Positions 59,332-64,000 of a stretch of DNA of 64,000 nucleotides are shown piece by piece. The first letter of the stretch is position 1. Every line of letters begins with the position of its first letter. The stretch lies in the NCBI GenBank assembly GCA_963677485.1, contig OY781964.1, positions 3,872,001-3,936,000 of the forward strand, read 5' to 3'. A program made the position numbers and the translations under genes. This stretch comes from Armatimonadota bacterium. GTDB lineage: Bacteria > Armatimonadota > HRBIN16. The notes beneath the pieces are model-generated. The model was not told the origin of the DNA and searched no databases. It saw nothing but the letters and a program-made list of their open reading frames with translations.

Positions 59332-59491
59332 CTATGTCCGGGGCGGTCTGTGCGTAGGCTAGCGGATGCAGAAGGCTCAAGACCGCGCCGGTCTGGCGGA
59401 TAGCCATGAAAGATATATGTCAAACACAAGACCGGCGCGGTCTATAGACTGTGGCCTCCGCAGGCGTACTGACAGACCGCCCCGGACATAG
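59332..59491. repeat. 160-bp nested inverted-repeat element (REPIN/MITE-like) containing copy 3 of the 67-bp repeat
   Basis: Perfect 20-bp outer IR (59332-59351 / 59472-59491) and perfect 15-bp inner IR (59380-59394 / 59429-59443). Confidence 0.85.
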
Positions 59492-59533
59492 CCAACCTAG
59501 TTACGTTCAAGCGACGAATCTAGTTCATGCTTC

Positions 59534-59569
59534 AAGCCGCCTCGGATGTCAAATCCGGGGCGGTTTTTT
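59534..59569 (+). terminator. Rho-independent terminator downstream of gltD
   Basis: GCCGCCTCGGAT-GTCAA-ATCCGGGGCGGT followed by a T run. Confidence 0.75.
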
Positions 59570-59777
59570 GTTCAACGCAATGGCATGTGATCGGTCCGAT
59601 CCGACATATCCGTCCTTTAGCCCATATGTGGCTGGTTGCGCGCATACATAGCCCAAATTGCACGTAAATCCATGGTTGCCGTAATATTTACGTGTCATTT
59701 GAGTTGCTAAATATGGTATGCTTGCTACAGTATGCAAAAAACTAGCACCTTTACGGGTGTCAAATATGGAGGCGAAT

Positions 59778-60923
59778 ATGCTAGACGCTGTTTACAATAA
59801 TCCAACCAAACTGATCTTTGGACGGGGAGCCAGTGCGAAGATCGTAGATGAAATCACCGCGAAAGGGCACAAGAAGGTGCTGCTTTTGGCAGGTGGCGGC
59901 AGTATCAAGAGCAACGGGGTCTACTCGGATGTGACCAAGGCACTCACCAAAGCGGGAGTGCAATGGGTAGAGGTCTGGGGCGTGAAGCCCAATCCCGTGC
60001 TCAGTAAGGTGCTTGAGGCCATCGAAGCGGTGAAGCAAAGTAATTGCGATGCGGTCTTGGCCATAGGCGGAGGCAGCACGGCAGACAGTGCTAAGGCTGT
60101 GGCTCAAGGTGTCTTTCAAGAGGATCCCTGGGCTCCATACGAAGGTACAGCCGAGATCACCAACGCATTACCGGTGTATATCGTGCTGACTATCAGTGCC
60201 ACCGGCAGCGAGATGAACGCCAATTCGGTGTTGACCGAAGAGGTGGAGCAGAAGAAATACCACATCATCAACGATCTGGTTCGACCTGTGGCCTCGGCTA
60301 TTGATCCTGCGGTACAGGCGACTTTGCCCTGGCGTCAGACTGGTTACGGCGCCGTCGATGCGATCTCTCACATCATGGAGGGATACTTCAGCGGTAAGGG
60401 TGATGAGGTGTCGCTGGCAGTCAGCGAAGCACTGATGCGCGAAATCATCAAGTCGACAGACAAACTTCAACTGGCGGAAAGCAACTATGAGGCGCGTGCC
60501 AACCTGGCATGGGCTGCCACTCTGGCACTGAACGGCATCAGCTCGTTCGGACTTGAGGGCGACTGGGCGACACACGGTATCGAGCACGGCATCAGCGCGA
60601 TGCATCCTCAGATTTCGCACGGAGCCGGCCTGGCCGTGGCATTCCCTGCCTGGATTTCCTACACCGCCGATGCCAACCCCGCGTTATACGACCGATGGGC
60701 CCGTGAAGTTTGGGGGCAAAACGGCGTAGAGACGGGCGTGAAGGCGATGAAGAACAAATACCAGCTTTGGGGCATGCCTGTGTCACTCAGCCAGCTCGGT
60801 CTTTGCGTGGCGGATATCAAGCCGATTGTGGAGAACATCAGCCGGCATGATGCTACCTTGGGAACAGTCAAAGTGCTAAGGGCGCCTGAGTATGAGGCCA
60901 TCCTTAAGCTAGCACTCGAATAG
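59778..60923 (+). CDS. Iron-containing alcohol dehydrogenase (BdhA/YqhD-like)
   Basis: NPTKLIFG, GGGSIK, PNP, GGGSTADSAK, TGSEMN, HGIEH, HGAGLA. Confidence 0.92.
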   Translation: MLDAVYNNPTKLIFGRGASAKIVDEITAKGHKKVLLLAGGGSIKSNGVYSDVTKALTKAGVQWVEVWGVKPNPVLSKVLEAIEAVKQSNCDAVLAIGGGSTADSAKAVAQGVFQEDPWAPYEGTAEITNALPVYIVLTISATGSEMNANSVLTEEVEQKKYHIINDLVRPVASAIDPAVQATLPWRQTGYGAVDAISHIMEGYFSGKGDEVSLAVSEALMREIIKSTDKLQLAESNYEARANLAWAATLALNGISSFGLEGDWATHGIEHGISAMHPQISHGAGLAVAFPAWISYTADANPALYDRWAREVWGQNGVETGVKAMKNKYQLWGMPVSLSQLGLCVADIKPIVENISRHDATLGTVKVLRAPEYEAILKLALE

Positions 60924-60940
60924 GCAGTCACATATCTGAT

Positions 60941-60968
60941 GGGCACCCGTAATGGGTGCCCCATTTTT
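60941..60968 (+). terminator. Rho-independent terminator
   Basis: GGGCACCC-GTAAT-GGGTGCCC followed by CATTTTT. Confidence 0.7.
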
Positions 60969-61006
60969 GTATCTGGACAGTGAACACTATTATAGGAGAC
61001 CAAATC

Positions 61007-62905
61007 ATGGCTACAGATTATGCACACGTCACAAAGATGACTCTATGGACGCACCACCCGATATGGGGTGACGCGTCATGGGATAGTTTCGTGCGGGATC
61101 CGCATAACCCTGTGCATCGGGGCAGTGAGCCGATGCGGTGGCCGGTGAATGCGTTCCTGTTCCGCGACCCAATTTCCACCAACTGGTATCTTTACGTGGG
61201 TAACTACATGTACGGCTATGCCAGTGACCCCAGTCTGCCTGCTATGTATGCCACGGTCTACCGATCTGCCGACCAGGGCCGAAGCTGGACGTTCCTTGAC
61301 CGCGTTTTGCCCAAGGAATTCACATTTAGTTGCGGTACCAAACTGTTCCATGCGCCTGATGTCTCGGTGGTGTACGACAATGGTAAATACCACATGGGGT
61401 TTGACTGGGCGCCGAAGTCCACATGGGACAGGTTCGCGGAACCGCGTGGTCCTGAAGACTACAACGGCATGGCGTATGCTGTGGCCGATCGCCCCGAGGG
61501 GCCGTTTGAGATAGCACCCGACCCAATAGTCGCTACCGGGCTTAACAAGCCCGTATTGGGGCGTTACAAGCGATTTTATGCAGGAACGCTGATCAAGCGT
61601 GCTCATGACTGGATGATGGTGTGCATGGCCGACAGCGGTCCGCGCTTTAGCTGGGTATTACTGGGCTTGACCAGTGCCAAACCGGAAGGCCCATGGTCGG
61701 AACCCTACCTGTTGATGGGGCCGGATACCGACAAGTATCACCCGCCGATCATGGAGTTCTACCCCGCCTTCACCCATGATGGCATGTTATATGCGCCTTG
61801 CACCAGCGTGGCGGCGAACCGCAACTTCCAGTTGATGTGTGAAGCGAAGCTGGAGGATGCCCACAAGCCAGAGGCCTGGAGTATCGGGCAGGAAGGCAGC
61901 ATGTGGCACGGCACCACCATGGAGCACGAGCACTACGGCATCTGGGGTCAGACCTTCACCGGCTTCGTAAACCCGTCTGATGGCCAGTTCGTGGTGGCCT
62001 ATCCCAGTAAAGACTCTCAAGGCACCGGCAGCATCAATATCGCCCGGCGGCCATGGAACAACCCATACCGGCCTCAGGGTTTCTTCACAAGCTCCCATGC
62101 TGCCCCCAGCATGACGCTGCTGCGCTCTGAATGGTCACATGGGCTGATTGATGCCCGGATCAGCATGAAGGGCACCTGCAGGCTGTTGTGGGGCTATAAC
62201 GCTCCTGTGGGTGCCAACTCACCTACAGCCGATGCCAAGCTGCACGACCGAAGTCTGACCGCCCATCATGGGCTGGAGCTGAGTGCGGAGGGGTGGAGGC
62301 TGGTATCAAGCAAAGCTGACGAACTGCCCGCGGAAGTGGCATCCGGAAAACTCATAAGTTATGTGACCCGCATTGAGCTGCGTGTGGCTCCAACGGGCAC
62401 GACCGAGCTGCATCTTGATGGTAAACCGGTGTGGAAAGGCGATCTGCCGTTACGGACGGGTATGGTGGGATGGCTTCTGCAGCCTGCCAGCGAGTGCGAA
62501 GTGAAGTCGATGCAGATCACTCCAAAGCCTGCGGGCGGTGTGATGAACCTTCTGCACACTGAGGCCTTGCTGGGCGGCGGTGCTGGGCTGCAGAGTGCGA
62601 ACAGTATCGAGAACCCAGCTTTCCGGTATGGTATCGGGGCACAATTCGTGCCTGGCGAAGCCGGACGGGCGAAGTGGAACTTCGTAGGGCGCGGTTTCCG
62701 CCTGTTCAGCCCCTGTCTGCCAGATGGCGGGGAAGTGGAGCTGCTGCTGGACGGCAAGCCGATCGGCAGGTATCAATGCGGGAAGGGCACGAAGTCGTCT
62801 GATGTCGTGTTTACCAAACGGGGTTTGAAGAACGGTCCCCACGCGCTGACGATGCGTGCGATCAACGGGCTGCTGCTGGTCGACAGCCTGGAAGTGCAGT
62901 TCTAG
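61007..62905 (+). CDS. Putative five-bladed beta-propeller glycoside hydrolase (GH43/32/130-like) with C-terminal beta-sandwich
   Basis: APDVSVVYDNGKYHM, YAVADRPEGPF, SAKPEGPW; AGGAG RBS before ATG 61007. Confidence 0.6.
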   Translation: MATDYAHVTKMTLWTHHPIWGDASWDSFVRDPHNPVHRGSEPMRWPVNAFLFRDPISTNWYLYVGNYMYGYASDPSLPAMYATVYRSADQGRSWTFLDRVLPKEFTFSCGTKLFHAPDVSVVYDNGKYHMGFDWAPKSTWDRFAEPRGPEDYNGMAYAVADRPEGPFEIAPDPIVATGLNKPVLGRYKRFYAGTLIKRAHDWMMVCMADSGPRFSWVLLGLTSAKPEGPWSEPYLLMGPDTDKYHPPIMEFYPAFTHDGMLYAPCTSVAANRNFQLMCEAKLEDAHKPEAWSIGQEGSMWHGTTMEHEHYGIWGQTFTGFVNPSDGQFVVAYPSKDSQGTGSINIARRPWNNPYRPQGFFTSSHAAPSMTLLRSEWSHGLIDARISMKGTCRLLWGYNAPVGANSPTADAKLHDRSLTAHHGLELSAEGWRLVSSKADELPAEVASGKLISYVTRIELRVAPTGTTELHLDGKPVWKGDLPLRTGMVGWLLQPASECEVKSMQITPKPAGGVMNLLHTEALLGGGAGLQSANSIENPAFRYGIGAQFVPGEAGRAKWNFVGRGFRLFSPCLPDGGEVELLLDGKPIGRYQCGKGTKSSDVVFTKRGLKNGPHALTMRAINGLLLVDSLEVQF

Positions 62906-62939
62906 GGTTATGTAAGCGTGCAGCGATAGGAGATAATCA

Positions 62940-64000
62940 ATGGCACTAGATTACGCACATGTCTCACATAGAACCTTGTGGACGCACCATCCTGTCTGGG
63001 GAGATGCCTCATGGGACAACTTCGTCCGCGACCCTCACAATCCGGTACACCGCGGCAGCGAGCCGATGCGCTGGCCAGTGAACGGGTTTCTCTTCCGCGA
63101 CCCTGTCTCTACCAACTGGTATCTGTATATCGGGAACTATATGTATGGTTATCGAACCGACATGACCTCAGAACCGCTCTATACAAGCGTATACCGGTCT
63201 GTGGACAAAGGTAAGAGCTGGACATTCCTTGGGCGTGTGCTGCCGAAGGAGCATACCTTCCGATGCGGTACGACTATGGTGCATCATGCGGATGTTTCTG
63301 TGGTTTACGCCGATGGCAAATACCATATGGGCTTTGACTGGGCACCAAGAACCACATGGGAGAGGGTTTTCAATCCGCAAGGCCCCGAGGACTATAACGG
63401 GGTGGCGTATGCTGTGTCAGATAGCCCGGAAGGGCCGTTTGTGGTTAGTGCTGATCCAGTGGCCGCCACAGGCCTGACAAAACCCGTGATGGGCAAGTAT
63501 AAGCGATTTTATGCAGCAACCCTGATCAAGCGCGCTCACGACTGGATGATGCTATGTATGTCAGACGGCTACGGCCATAACTGGGTGTTACTTGGGATGA
63601 CCGCCAAGCGAGCTGAAGGGCCATGGTCGGAGCCATTCTTGCTGACGGGTACTGACATCGACCTCTATTATCCTCCGATTATGGAGGGCTACCCTGCCTT
63701 TACTCACGAGGGTGTGCTATACGCTCCATTCACCAGTGTGGCCTCCAACCGTAACTTCCAGATCATGTGCCAGGCACCACTCGAAGAGGCACATAAACCG
63801 GAAGCCTGGAAAATCGGCCAAGAGGGCAGCATGTGGCATGGAAAGACGACGGAACACGAACGGGCAGGCATCTGGGGACAGACCTTTTCGGGATTTGTAG
63901 ACCCATCTGATGGCCAGTTCGTGGTGATGTATCCCAGTCTGGACAGCAAAGAGAACGGCAGTATCAACATCGCGCGGAGGCCATGGAAACAACCTTACCG
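62940..64000 (+). CDS. Tandem paralogue of 61007-62905, 3'-truncated by the window edge (absent from the ORF track)
   Basis: AGGAG RBS; ATG 62940 MALDYAHVSHRTLWTHHPVWGDASWDNFVRDPHNPVHRGSEPMRWPVN, collinear with the upstream gene. Confidence 0.85.
   Translation, partial: MALDYAHVSHRTLWTHHPVWGDASWDNFVRDPHNPVHRGSEPMRWPVNGFLFRDPVSTNWYLYIGNYMYGYRTDMTSEPLYTSVYRSVDKGKSWTFLGRVLPKEHTFRCGTTMVHHADVSVVYADGKYHMGFDWAPRTTWERVFNPQGPEDYNGVAYAVSDSPEGPFVVSADPVAATGLTKPVMGKYKRFYAATLIKRAHDWMMLCMSDGYGHNWVLLGMTAKRAEGPWSEPFLLTGTDIDLYYPPIMEGYPAFTHEGVLYAPFTSVASNRNFQIMCQAPLEEAHKPEAWKIGQEGSMWHGKTTEHERAGIWGQTFSGFVDPSDGQFVVMYPSLDSKENGSINIARRPWKQPY

Noticed and set aside
62978-63992. Small ORFs listed at the window end
   Set aside because: Explained by the unlisted in-frame paralogue starting at 62940 that has no stop within the window

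Overview
Bacterial chromosomal window, mostly coding on the + strand. The pilin leader type and the giant pilus-associated proteins suggest Armatimonadota, which is an inference. In order: (1) 3' part of valS and an RpiR regulator; (2) a ~9-kb accessory island (~2100-11400) with short tandem repeats, an IS110 element whose structured upstream non-coding region is a bridge-RNA candidate, REP-like palindromes, and four orphan Rhs-core cassettes (three with distinct C-terminal toxins, each followed by a candidate immunity gene); (3) a polyol/sugar-phosphate catabolic cluster; (4) an AlbA_2/HATPase gene, a glycyl-radical enzyme with no adjacent activase divergent from an AraC gene, NagD and a sialate O-acetylesterase; (5) pdxT-ruvX-mltG-yqeG-aroE; (6) a 24-kb type IV filament locus (pilB, pilT, pilC, pilD, one pilin, three oversized minor pilins, and 1278-aa and 2384-aa secreted proteins); (7) gltBD behind a terminator/antiterminator-like leader, an Fe-ADH, and two tandem beta-propeller hydrolase paralogues, the second running off the window. 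No rRNA, tRNA or CRISPR array was seen. All calls come from motif reading by eye; no database searches were run.
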